Of a stretch of DNA of 64,000 nucleotides, positions 12,344 through 25,060 are shown piece by piece. Position numbers and translations under genes: made by a program. The stretch is taken from NCBI RefSeq assembly GCF_009914755.1, contig NC_060947.1. The stretch is one strand, 5' to 3'. The notes beneath the pieces are model-generated. The model was not told the DNA's origin, made no database searches, and worked only from the letters and a program-made list of their open reading frames with translations. The DNA is from the human T2T-CHM13v2.0 reference genome, Homo sapiens. How positions within the stretch are numbered: position 1 is the stretch's first letter; the number at the start of each line of letters is the position of its first letter.

Positions 12344-13719
12344 ACAAATGTAGGCACTAATCTGATTATCAAGTTTTGAAAATAACAGCTGAAAGCTTAA
12401 ATTAGTTTAGACTATAGTATGTAAAATTGTGAAGGGAGTGGGCAGGAGAGATGAGATTTTTACCGTCAAGCTGAATTTTACAAGATATGAGAGAGACATA
12501 GGATAGCCTGCTTGACTCAGGCACTTTAAAATGGCTGTCTCTGATTTTTCACTCATACCCAACTTCCCCTGTGGCCACACACCTGCTCTCTCTCCCTGCC
12601 AAAAAAAATGTTGGGAATCAGATCTTTTAATCAGTACCTCTGACTCTGAAAGTTAGTGGGGTTGGTGGGGCAGGAAAGAGCTGAAGAAACTTTTGTGAAA
12701 ACCAGGAGTGGGCTACAAAGCAGCTCAGAAAGCCAGGCAAGAGCCTGGGGCTAGAGCTCTCTGTAGTTTTTGACTAAATTAGACCAACAGCTTCTGAATC
12801 CCACATCACATTCCTGCTGGCTTTTAAGTTTATAGAAATAACTCTACAATTAACTGAAAACCAATATTAAGACCTGCACAACGTCCCCTCTCATTGTATT
12901 CGATTTTTGGCTGACCTTCGCCCTTTTCATCCTCCTTTCCTTTTTGATCTACTCTTCTATACCACATTTGCTCCCTCCATGTTCTCTTCCTCTTCCTAGA
13001 GTAATTAACCTCAGAAATTCAGTTCTTAGCAGCCCAGTTCAGGCCTCACCCTCACCCTCCCAAACTTTGATAGCTATATGTTGTGGGAGTCAAATCCTAT
13101 TCTTCCACATGTTTACAGATAACCCTCTCTTAAACATAGCTTTCAAAGTAGTAGATAGGTCTTGTGGATGATGGCAATATACTTAGGAAATGAACATATT
13201 TTGATCACAGGATTGAGAGTTTACTCAGCCCTCAAAGCCCAGAGCACAGACTTCAGATACTTTACATTATTCACAGCATCTGTCCTGAACTGCTCTCTCT
13301 GACCTGCCTTGCACTCCACCTCTTAGCCTCCGTTTAATCTTTTTGGCTTCTGACCTCATAACTCGTTTTCCCCTCTCACAGTCTTGCTTTGGATCTGATT
13401 CTTGCTACGGCTTTTCTGTTCTTTAGTTATCTTATTTTCTCTGCAGTAATGATTTCCAACTCTTCCTCTTGCTATGCTGCAGTTGATTGCCCTGGATAAA
13501 CACCTTAGTCGATCCTCCTCCAAGCCCATGCCCAGGACCCTTATACGCAATCACCCCCTCTAACCTCATATAGCTCTTCTTCCTGGAACTCAGTTAACAT
13601 TTACCATATATAGCTCTGTAATGCAGTATTTTCACATTCATTCATTCACTCCATAGCTATTTAGTGCTTTTTATGTTCATAGTGTACTGGGAAAATACAA
13701 ATAAAATTATTCTCCAGGG

Positions 13720-13947
13720 CAGCATTGGAGAGTTCATTAGAATGTCTGTGATGATGGAAATGCTCTATATCTGTGTGCTTCAATTCAGTAGCCACTAGCC
13801 ATCTATGGCTATTGGACACCTGAAATATGGCTAGTTCTACTGAGGAGCTGAAATTTAAATACTATTTTATTTTTAAATTTTAATTAATTAAAGTTTTAAT
13901 TTAAATGGTCACATGTGGTTAATGGCTACCATGTTGGATAGTACAGA
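13720..13947. mobile_element. MER3 (hAT-Charlie)
   Basis: tgtgatgatggaaatgctctatatctg...gtagccactagccat...atggctaccatgttggatagtacag. Confidence 0.85.
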
Positions 13948-14871
13948 CCCAGTGTATATATCTAGAAATTGACTTACTTAGTTGACAAGCATGTGCATTT
14001 TCAACTTTACTATATATTGGCAAATGTTTTCCAAAATGGTTGTCTCTGTTACCCCAAAAATGTAAACATAACTTAAATATTCAGGAAGAAATGAAAAGAT
14101 CACCAAATTATGATTATAGGCATATAATGAAGTAATAAATAAAGGTTAAAATGAAATAAATAGAAATATAATATAGTTGATTATTAAGATGTAAGTAAAA
14201 TGAATGAAAACAGCAAGCTGTAGAATGATGTTTCATATCATTTAAATAAGGTTTAAAAACATGTAAAACACTTTTATGTTTCTGAAAAATGCAGTAAAAA
14301 TATAAAGACATACATAGGAATGACAAATATCTAAAATAGTTCATTAAAAAATAAAGTTATTTTTCTTCCAGGAACTTATAATCTACTAGTGGGGTGGGGG
14401 GGGGGAATGGACAGGAGGGCAGGTCAAATTTATATATTTACACAAATAACTATACTTTATAAAGGCCATGAAAGGAAAAAATGCTTTAGAAGCTTATGGA
14501 GGAAGCACTCTCATATTTGTGTTTGTGTATTTAGAAAAGATTTTAATAATTTAAGGATCAAGACTTGGCTTGGATGCAGTGTTTCAGACAGAATGGGCAA
14601 TAGCTGCTGTATCCTAGGGTTTGTAAGGCTGAATGAGAGTCATGCAACAGGGGATGTATCTGAGCTTTCTGTCATTGAACCTACCTAAACATCCATTGGG
14701 CTGTGTCTTATTCATCCTAATATGCAACAATGCCTTACAAGTACACAATAACATGTGTACAAGTTGTTCTTGCCACTTGGAAACTACCATATTCTCCATT
14801 CCACATCTACAGCTTCTAATTTGTGATTCAGCTCTAATGTCACCTCTTCTGGAAAGCCTTTCCTAACTCCC

Positions 14872-15233
14872 TGTATGGTTTGGCTGTGTCCCCATCCAAA
14901 TCTCATCTTGAATTGTAGCTCCTATAATTCCCACCTGTTGTGGGAAGGACCCAGTGGGAGATAATTGAATCACAGGGAGCAGTTTCCCCCATACTGTTCT
15001 GGTGGTAGTGAATAAGTCTCAGCAGACATGATGGTTTTATAAGGGGTTTTCCCTTTCTTTTGGCTCTCATTCTCTCTTGCCTGCCACCATGAAAGATGTG
15101 CCTTTTGCCTTCCATCATGATTGTGAGGGTTCCCCAGCCCCATGGAACTATGAGTCCATTAAACCTCTTTTTCTTTATAAATTACTCAGTCTTGGGTATG
15201 CCTTTATCAGCACCGTGAAAACAGACTAATACA
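14872..15233 (+). mobile_element. THE1 (THE1B/C-like, ERVL-MaLR) solo LTR
   Basis: TG...CA ends (tgtatggtttggctgtgtcccc ... cagactaataca); 5-bp TSD CTCCC at 14867-14871 and 15234-15238. Confidence 0.95.
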
Positions 15234-16409
15234 CTCCCCAAGGCAAAACTAATCACTTCTACCGCTGAAAAATTTTTCTTCCATCTGAAAAAATGGCAGT
15301 GACTCTTGGGTCAGAAATGCATTTCCCTCTTTCATTTGAGAATTGTACTAGATTATATAAAGATTCCCAGAGGACCGATAAATGCACCCACTAAACTCTG
15401 AGAATTTGATGAATAAAATTAAAACACATTAGATAAGACTAAAGGTGCAAAGTCACCTTAAAAGATACAGCAGAGGTTCCAGGCTGAAAGCCAGTCCAGA
15501 CAGTAACCCAAACAATGTTATTATCATATCTAAGGAAAGAGAGAGTCCATTGAGAGGAAGAAGGTTAGTTGGAAATATTGAAAATGTGGATTTTCAGAAG
15601 GAAGTTCTTGGCAAAGCAGCACTCCCAAGGCTAGGAAGAACCTCTGGCTCAAGAAATCTATTTTCCATTAACTGAGGTTAGCAAATCCCCATCCTGAAGA
15701 CGGATGGATCAGACCATTAGAGTTGGCTGCCACAAAATATTAAGATTATGCAACCAACTCCCCTTGCAATGGTGCTACACACATAAAGCAACCTTTCTGT
15801 TATCTTTTGGCTTCCCACATGGATTTTCCTACAGGCAGAAGACTTGTTCATGTGACCATCAGATGCTTAGCAATTATCTTTTCTTATGCTAATTCAATAA
15901 ATTGTATTCTAGTCTAGGTGTCCACCTCTTGTGACCTTGGCTAGTGTAGGCTAATAAATGATATATCCCTACTACCCCTGGGCTGACAAAATTAAATTCC
16001 CAAGTGGGCAAAGCTTAGGGCCAGACCCAGAAATATGGGGAACTAAGTAAGGTGACACCCAAAGGGCCAGGTAACCTTCCTCTGAGAACACTCCTAAGCT
16101 AACACCCCTTTTGAACCAAAAATACACTCTGTACAATGAATGAGAAAAGCAATGGCACATTCTACGAATAATTATGGGTAGACATCTTGCTGCACAAGGT
16201 ATGTCTTGCATCCCTATTTAGAAACAAGGCTTTCAATTGCAGGCATCTTTTGCTAAATTCTTTGGGCCTGCAATAGAGCCGATCACAGTGCTTGTCTAGG
16301 TAGCTACCCAGTGGATATTTATTGAATGAAACTTTGACCCTACATGCCCTCTAATGGTGGAATTAGACAGTTATATAGAGCTAGTTTAAGGGTAAGTAAA
16401 AAATTTTTC

Positions 16410-16690
16410 TTCATTTATTCAAACAGTATTTGAGAGTGCCTGGTATGTGTTAGACACTGCATTATCTACTGGGGATACAGTGGAAAACAAGTGGGACATG
16501 AGTCTTGGCCTCATGGAACTTACATGACTCATAGAGTTGTTCCAAGTGACAAGCATATAGAAAGGTACTAAGCAGTACTTTTTTTAATGTGTGTAGATAT
16601 GAAGTTCAGTTTTTATCAATCTATAAATTTAGAATTTATAATAAATACTACAAAGGAAAGGAAAAGAGCGCTATGAAAAAGATTAATGGG
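16410..16690 (-). mobile_element. L2 3' fragment
   Basis: ttcatttattcaaacagtatttgagagtgcc...ggggatacagtggaaaacaag...ggcctcatggaacttaca. Confidence 0.75.
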
Positions 16691-16691
16691 A

Positions 16692-16716
16692 ATATATATA
16701 TATATATATATATATA

Positions 16717-16758
<42 letters not shown>
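16692..16758. repeat. Compound microsatellite (TA)n(TG)n
   Basis: Read directly from the sequence. Confidence 0.97.
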
Positions 16759-19358
16759 ACAAAGGCTGGGAGTTGACATGGTGCCCATAAGTGACTCAAT
16801 TCAATTTAACAAACACCTGCTATGTGTAAGCCACTAAATGTGGCTTCTGTCTTCATGCCATCTAAATCAGGGGGACGGAACTGTGGCAAGATCCGAGATG
16901 TATAGACAATGATATAGGGCAGTAAAAAAATGATTGAGATTCTCAAGGTCTATTTTTGGTTGGATGGAATGTTTAATTACAGAAGAAAAGTTACTGCTTA
17001 TAAAATAGTCCTTCTTTCAAGGAAAAGCATAACAAAATAAACATTACTAAACAAGAATAAATATCCCTAGTCATAGAGGCATGTAAGTTTGGAATTAGAG
17101 ATGAACAGGATTTGTGGATTGGAAGAGATGTGAAGTTTGAGATTTGATTTTGCTGATGAATTAACTATTGGTTGAAATGGCAAACAAAGCAGTCATTATC
17201 CAGATAAAGGATAATAGTAAATAATAAATGTTCAGAGTAACTGAAGCAATAAAAAATATTGCAATAAAATTTTGGTTTTTCCCTTCCATTCCAAATTAGG
17301 TTGAAAATGAACATAATTTGCCAGCTATTTTTGGCTGCAAAGGCAAAAAGCCAAAAAAAAAAAAAAAAAAGGCAGTGAAGAAAGGAGGGGTGAGCGTTGG
17401 GGGGAGTTAAGTTGCATGCCAGTTAGCACTACTAGCCATTAACGAAAGGTGACCCAATCAAGCATCCTGGAAGTGCAACAATAGTGAAATTGATTAGACA
17501 ATCTTAACTATTATCAAGTGGTAGGGATAAAATAAAATTGCATGTTTTTTTTTCCATGAATGTTCTGTTTGTAAAGATCCACTTTACTGGTTGTAGTTAG
17601 TAAGTATTGTTTCTATTTTGTCAATCCCAAGAATAAAATCAACTCCATTTCAAAAAGTAATGTTTCTCACAGGCTCAGATCTGCATTGAAAGTTCCAGGA
17701 CAGGACTCCATGTCTAAAATCAGCCCCTCGAAACACCCCAAACATTAGTTTCCACTGAGAATGTACTTAAAGGCAAAAGTTGCATCTGCCTTTTACTTCA
17801 AGGAAGCAAACCGAAGCTTTAAAAATCCCTTCATATGGTAAGGTAGTGATCCCAGCCAAAGAACAAAGCAACCCAGGATCTGTCTCTTGGCCACCAAGAA
17901 TAAACAAGAAAGAGGGAACAGCTTTACAAACAAAACAAAAACCAACTATGCTCCCTTTCTGCTTTCTTCATCCAACTTGGCAGAATCTCAGAGTTTTCAG
18001 AAAGATTTTGGAACATAAAAGATATGTGCTTAAGATAAAACTTGAATTTTGCTGAGACTCAGCACTAAGGCCTGTCCAGAAGGCTTTTTTTTCCTGATGT
18101 TTCAAAAAGATACTTTTCATTTTTTTTGAGCAATTTAAGTCACATATTAAAAGCCATAGTATCAACAATTCATTTCCAATGAGTGATTATGAGAAAAAAT
18201 GCTTTAAATTAAAACAATATTCTATGATCAACAATCATTTGTTTCTGATTCAAGATCCTTTGATTTCAAATTGACAAATTTATTTGCCACTAGGCTTTTT
18301 GGGGTTCAGAGAGTTGCTTCATAAATCATGTCCTTATGTAAAAACCATATCCATTTTCCTCCATCAAGAGCAGCAAGACATTTACAGGAAAGAATCCAGA
18401 TATAAATTCAAATATTTGAGTGGATATGACTTATATTTCCATTTTATATAGAAATTAACTTCATCTGGCCTGTTACCCAGATGGATACTAACCATGGGTG
18501 GGGGATGAATGTTCCTATGTTACTAATAGTGTCTCCAGCATGGATTAAGTGTCTAAACTAAGCTAAACTAAACCTAAATTAAGCTAGTACACATCATAGA
18601 CATATAGAGTGAATACCTGTTCCTAACTACTGAATCTCAACGTAGGGTTTTATTTACCTGGTTTTGAGCCCTCCAAGCAAACAAAAGTTGCCCTACTTGT
18701 TTTTAATCCATACTAACTAAAACTTCAAGTACTATGTTCCCTCCTCAATCTTTCCCATCCCATAAGACTTCATTAACCAAACAAATCTGTTTTCAGATGA
18801 CTTTTAGTATGTAAAAATGAAGAGTGGATCTTACCACTCATCATCCATAAATGAAACAAAATTACCAAAACAGTTGAAAGCTGAAATAATTTCAGTTTAT
18901 CTAAATAAAACACATGTAGTCATCTTCTGGAACTGACAGAAGGGCATGAGTTATAGCATCATCTGGAATTGTGGACAAGGCAGATACATGTTCAAGCCTA
19001 AATTAATAAAAGCTGAGTAATAGCTAACAACCCAAGCATAGGAGATCAGCATTAATGAGATTAACTCTTAGACTACTGTACATTTTCTTAACCTGATTAC
19101 AAAACCAGGTGTGAGCTTTTTATCCCTGCCCCTTATGCAAATTACGCGCATTTAATGGAGTGTGGTACAGTATGGCTGATGGTGACATTTGATAAATACA
19201 GGTGGGGCTAATGCAAATTTTGTGGGTTGGTGATTATTGCCCTGGGTCAAGAGATTTGGAAGGAATCCATGATCAAGGCTGTAGTGGCACGCTGCCTCCT
19301 ATAGCATGATGTTAATTTTCATCATCTTTGTCACAGATGTGGAGCATCTGCCTAAAAT

Positions 19359-19537
19359 CAAGTGATTCTCAACTCTGACTGCACATTAGAATCACTTGGG
19401 GGAGCTTTGAAAAATCCCTTTGCCCAGGTACCACTGCAGATAAATTAAATCAGACTCTCTGAAGGTGGGACTCAGGCATCCATACTTTTTAAAGCTCCCC
19501 ACATAATTGCAATGTGCAGCCAAGGTTGAGAAACACA
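19359..19537. mobile_element. MER5A-type (hAT-Charlie)
   Basis: gtgattctcaac...tgcacattagaatcacttgggggagc...aatgtgcagccaaggttgagaaacac. Confidence 0.88.
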
Positions 19538-19729
19538 AGTCTAAATGTTGTGATTCACCAGGATTTGAAGCAACACAAGAGGGGAAACCAGAAACACCCC
19601 CGCACCCCCCACACACCGTGGCACCAACATTTAACTGGAGGGTCAACTGGTTCCCCTGCATGGGGAACACTACCTTGCCACCTGGAGCCATGTGGATACT
19701 GCCTTCCCCTTGGAGAATATAGCCATCAT

Positions 19730-19920
19730 TTAATGAACATAGAATTTATTATGTGCCAGGCAGTGTGTGTGAAGCGCTTCAAGTGCTACTCTTTTTCATT
19801 TAATCTTTACAACATCACCATAGAGAATATATTAGTATTTCCCTTTTACTAAGAAGGAAACTGAGACAGGACAGGTGAAATTATTTTCTTAAGGTCACTC
19901 AACTAGTACTCTTAACTCCT
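19730..19920 (-). repeat. MIR
   Basis: tatgtgccaggca...tcatttaatctttacaac...ggaaactgagac. Confidence 0.75.
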
Positions 19921-20112
19921 CTGAAATGAAAAAAAAAATACCGCCTTTCACAAACTGTCCAGAGGCCTGGGCTCTCTTTTGTTACATTGTTTTCCCACCA
20001 AAAAGGTTTCTTCTCTTTGGAGAGAGCCTGACAGTCTACCAATAAATAATGTGCTACACGAAAAATATCAGCATGAACCCACCAAATATCACCCATTTAT
20101 ACAATGATATGT

Positions 20113-20940
20113 AATTAAGTCCTCACTTAACATCAATAGGTTCTTGGAAAGTGTGACTGTAAGTGAAATGATGTATAATGAAGCCAATTTTACTCTAGGC
20201 TAATTGATACAAACAAGAGTAACAAAAGTTAAGTTCCTACAGCATACATCTGGTCAAAGCCACCAAACTTCTAAATAAAGACCCAAAACACTTCTAATAT
20301 TAAACATTTAAATAAGTGTGAGCTATACATACATTTAAGAAAAGTTAATAAGAACAAGAAAGAGAATTATTTGCCCAATTTTTGGTGAATTGGTGAGTGA
20401 CAGCGGTCGTAGTGATGGTGGGTCAGGTCAAGATATAAATGTTTGCAAAGCGAAATCATAAGGAGCACCTCCTGCCACCCAGCAGTTCCAGAAGAATCAC
20501 AAATGTGGCAGATTGTTGAGTGCTTTCCTAGAGTGTCGTTTATTGTCATGCATTTGTATGGTTATCATATACTTTACAAATTTTTATTTTCCAATAATTT
20601 GTATTACTTCATTTAGTTATTTTCCAACCCGCTAATTCCAGCTCAGGGTTGTGGGTGGCCGAAGCCCATCCTGGCAGCACAGGGGGCATGCAAGGTGAGA
20701 ACCACCCTGGACAGGATGCCATCCCGTCGCAGGGAGCACTCACACACCACCCACTTACACTAGGACAACTTAGACACCTCATGTGCACAAGTGTGGGAAG
20801 TGGGAGGAAAGCGGAGTACCCAAAGAACACACGCAGACATGAGGAGGATGTGCACCTTCCACATGGGCAGTGGCCCTGGGGAGAATCAATTTTTTTCCTC
20901 ATTAACATTTTAATAAAATGGCATTGAATAGGACCTGCTG
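20113..20940. mobile_element. MER6 (TcMar-Tigger), near full length
   Basis: aagtcctcacttaacatcaataggttcttggaaag at the left end; aggacctgctg followed by TA at the right end; about 830 bp. Confidence 0.85.
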
Positions 20941-21299
20941 TATATACAATTTACCACACGTTTAAGCAACTCCTAATTAAGAGCTGCATTTCCCAAACAT
21001 TTGCTGATTATCTGTCTTTCAACGTTGGCCTTCAAGGAGGGAATTGAACTCAGGAACATGTCAGAAAAGGATCTGTCAAATCCACATTTGAGACTCACAG
21101 CCAAAAGCAAAGATTCCAGAGAGGTCAGTTACTTTACCTTACCTTCTGGTAAGTCTTGTTGGCCACTATTCCCCAACTTATTAATGAGCATCTACTTCAG
21201 AAAGAAACATTAATTTCCCAGAGTCAGTCATCTAGCATTGTTATTATGACTGGTAAATTTTTCTAGGGTATTGTTTCACAAAAATCAAGACTGAGGAGA

Positions 21300-21590
21300 G
21301 GGAATGAACAAATTCCATTTCTAACAGCGCCCCACTGGGCTGGACATGTGTGAAGGATGGATGGCCCCAGGACACCAGATCAGACTGTTGTATGGTGAAC
21401 TGAAGTGAGGCAACCCCAAGCAGGGAGGGCAGAAGAAAACCCATTAAAGCAGCTCTGAAGCCCCACTTCAAACAATGGGGCTGAGCTGCAGGCAGCAGGA
21501 AACAAGCAGCAGGCAGGCCAGGCTGGCTACAGCAATAAGGGAGTGCAGGAGGGGGTTGTTTTCTGAGCTCTAGGATGACCTCGGGTCTCA
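21300..21590 (+). mobile_element. Ancient RTE-clade LINE fragment (L4/RTE-X or MamRTE-like), ORF C-terminus
   Basis: Manual translation from 21333 with two 1-bp shifts gives HWAGHV*RMDGPRTPDQ/LLYGELK*GNPKQGGQKK/PIKAALK, matching the RTE motif WAGHVxRM...PKQLLYGEL...GGQKKR.KD.LK. Confidence 0.75.
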
Positions 21591-22478
21591 GAGGCAGAGT
21601 CCCAATCAGTCACCATATCCGCACAGCTGCAATTGTAACTCGAAAACAGTCTTTGTGTGTACAGTGGTCTATGGAGTGGAAAAGGCTGAGACTGTCACCC
21701 TGGTCTTTTTAGTCCCATCTGTACTCACAGATAACAATCCCCATTAGCAGTATTATCTTCAAATGCGTGAAGAACATCAGCATAAATATAGCTAACATAT
21801 CATTTCCGTGAATATGAATAGAATGGCAGGACCTGTACATGGAAGATAATAATCTGTGATAGCTTTTCATTTTGCAAATGGATTTCCTTTATTGTAGGGC
21901 TATTTTTTTTTGGAAAAAAATTCTATCTGCATATAGGAAGGAAAAAACATTAGAAATATGTACACCAATATGTTAGCCATGTTTACCTCTGGATTTTGGA
22001 AAAACGGATTTTTTTAAAACCTATTTTCTTTTGTTTGCATGAGTTTTCTAAATTTCCTAAAATAAATATGTGTTCTTTGGGTCATTTTATAAGTTTTAAA
22101 ACTATTTTTTTGGTAGTTTAAATTAAAACAAAATAAAAACAAACAACTTCTTTGGTGTACTTTAATTTATCCTCAATTTCAAAGATATCAATTGAGACAA
22201 GGGATTAGCATTTCTAAAGATAGAGCATGACACAATATATTCATATATCCTTTGGGGGGGAAAAGTTCTATAAATAAGTCACAAGAGGGCCTTGGCAAAG
22301 GCTCAATCCCAGTAATAGAACCAGTCCTAAACTCTAAAAGAAGAGTTGGCGAGGATACCAATTCTATTGAATTTCAGAATCCTGGCATATAAGAAACACT
22401 CATTTTTTTCTTCACCATCAGAATCTTAGCTTGGAACAATACTCAGGGTTTGGTTGTCATTCTCCATGAGGACGGATG

Positions 22479-22680
22479 CAGTGGTATGCTAGAGTCAGAT
22501 CACACCAGCTTGAGGCAGTGGATTGTGTGCATCTCCTCCCAACTTAGCATCCAGTGCCATGACATGGATAAGTTGAAATCAGCCTTGGTGGGAGTATTTA
22601 TACCATGGAAATTGGCAAAAGCTACAAATCAGGGCTTTCCCTTCCTCCCACAGAGAGCTGATTGTTAAATTTTCCCTCTA
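22479..22680 (-). mobile_element. MER63A-like (hAT-Blackjack)
   Basis: cagtggtatgctagag ... ggtgggagtatttataccatggaaattggcaaaagctacaaatcagggcttt. Confidence 0.8.
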
Positions 22681-22939
22681 ATTCAGTAGAGTCATTGTTT
22701 GTTTGTCTGATGCTTGAACGGCACAGTGAAAACTTTTCATTTGTACGAAAGCAAAACTATATTGCTGTAAAAAGTTCAGAGGTTAGAGTCAACCCAAGTT
22801 TAGCTCTTGGCTTTGCCATCAGTGAGCTGATGTATCTCACTCCACCACCAGGCCTCAGTTCTTTCATCTCTACTATGAAAGGATTACTCTGTGATGTCTA
22901 AGGTCCCTTCTCAACAGGGACAGCTTATGATACTGAACT

Positions 22940-23190
22940 GGAGAGGCAGTGTTGTGCAATAATTAGGGGGCTCAGACTTTGGAGAAAAGATAGCCCTTGG
23001 TTTAGATCTTGGCTCTGCATTTATTAGCATCTGTGGGACCTCAGGCAAGTTACCTAACTTTTCTGAGCCTCCATTTCCTCATCTGTAAAATAATGATTAT
23101 AATAATACTTTCCGTATGGGGCTGTCGTTAGGATTAGATGAGATCATTCTCAACAATCATAGTAGCAGGCACCAATAAATGCTTGCTGTA
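22940..23190 (+). repeat. MIR
   Basis: ggcaagttacctaactttt...tttcctcatctgtaaaat. Confidence 0.85.
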
Positions 23191-23894
23191 ATTATTCCTG
23201 TTCCCACTTGTCCCTGACATAAAATATGTCTTAGAACCATAGGGAAATCTTGATTTGCTGAGATCTCCAGGAGATGTTGCCTTGGCTCCATTAGATAGAT
23301 ACTATATTCTATTATAGATGAATCAACACTAGAAATAGTAGTAACAATCCCTGCAACATAAATACAGATAATAGAAGGGATATGGGGGCCTAACATTTAT
23401 TTTCGTCTATGCTAGGCATTTTATACACTATTTATCTTGTCTGATGCACACACTCCCTAGGTGAGCCACATGTTTTTCTGTTTGTTTTGGTTTTGTCCTT
23501 TTTACAGATGTGGACACTGGGGTTCAGAAATGTCAGCTAACTTACTGAAGGATCTACAGCTAATAATTGGCAGAGCTAGAAATCTTCTCCAAAAAAGACT
23601 GCCCACATACCACTGAGGTATTAGGAAATTATACTTTTTCAGAAAGACAAAGATGGGAGAAATTCTGTTGATCGGAGGGCAGAAGGATAGATAAAAAGGA
23701 ACTCTAAAACAAAAATGCTATCATAAATTGAAAAATACAATCTGCAATATATATGGGGTAATGGAGTAGTGGTGGCTAAATTCAATAATTTTCTACCAAA
23801 ATTAGCCTAAATCAGGAATAATATTTTGGAAAATTCACAGTTTCATCTTTTCCCTAAATATTTTGAGATGAAATCATGCCTATATATTCTTGTA

Positions 23895-24080
23895 GGGCAG
23901 TGATTCTCAAAATCTGGTTCTCAAACCAGCATTATCATCATCACCTAGAAACTTGTAGGAAATACAGATTCTCAGGTCCTCATCCCAGACCTACTAAAGT
24001 CAGAAACTCTGGAAGTAGCACCCCCTTCCATCTCCAAGCTCTACAGGTGCTTCTAAGGCTACAGTTTGAGAACCAGAGTT
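23895..24080. mobile_element. MER5A/B-type
   Basis: cagtgattctcaaa...catcacctagaaacttgtaggaaatacagattctcagg...agtttgagaacca. Confidence 0.8.
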
Positions 24081-24980
24081 GTAGGAATTGGTGGAAAGAA
24101 TGAAAAAACCAATTCAGGCATCTAGGTAAATCTATATATACATATATTGCCCTGACATGCTCATGGGTAGTGACAATATAAGTGGATACTTAAGGAGGTT
24201 CAGCTTCAAGAGAGATTTAAATCATTCATCTTCCCATAAGTAACAACTAAATCTTGCGGAACGCTGACTTTCATGTCTCTTTGCCACACATCCCACTCTC
24301 CCAAAAAGCATCTGTAATTGATTTTTTTTTTGAAAGAGTGGTTCCTGAAAAATAAATGATGTTCAAAGGACCTTGGTACTTAGTACTGACTCCGTTTCTG
24401 GTTTCGGGACAATGCGGGAAGGTGATTATGTGTAGTTGACCGTCAAAATCGAACCCTTTCCTTCTCAAGAGTCAGAACTCAGGGTTTCAGCCAGCAAGGA
24501 GTAGGGAAAGTTTTGCTTACGCTATAGAGCCTGGGCAAGGACAGTCAATCCCTCTGTAATAGCTTCTGTTCTGGCATTTAATTCTCTGTTCTCCCCACAA
24601 TGAATTCCGCTGCAGCCAAGCTTAGCCTCGGGGTCCCAATCATCTCTCAGGTGCACATCCTAGCGCCTGGACTTTGCTTCATTTCAAGTCACATTACTGT
24701 CATCGTCCAAAGAATTGTGCCCTATTGACAGTTTTCTTTTCATTACTAAGGTGAAATTAAATGAATTTGTGTCCTAGAAAAATGTAAGTCACTTCTACAA
24801 ATGCTAACAGTGGCTATTTTCTTGGGGTTGGGGGGTGGAATGGTATTTGTTTCTTCTTTATACTTGTCTGCATTTTCTGATTTGAAAATAAATCATTGTA
24901 GCAATGTGTATAATTTAATTTTTAATTTATAAAATTCAGTCTTTAAACATACAAATAAACAGTATTAAAAAAGGAGGTAA

Positions 24981-24988
24981 CTCTCTCT

Positions 24989-25033
<45 letters not shown>

Positions 25034-25060
25034 TATGCCTGTGTATATCTATGTGTATGT
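24981..25060. repeat. (CT)n(GT)n microsatellite
   Basis: Read directly from the sequence. Confidence 0.95.

Noticed and set aside
18552-18586. ctaaactaag-type short tandem repeat
   Set aside because: Too short and degenerate; no spacer structure, so not a CRISPR-like or functional array.
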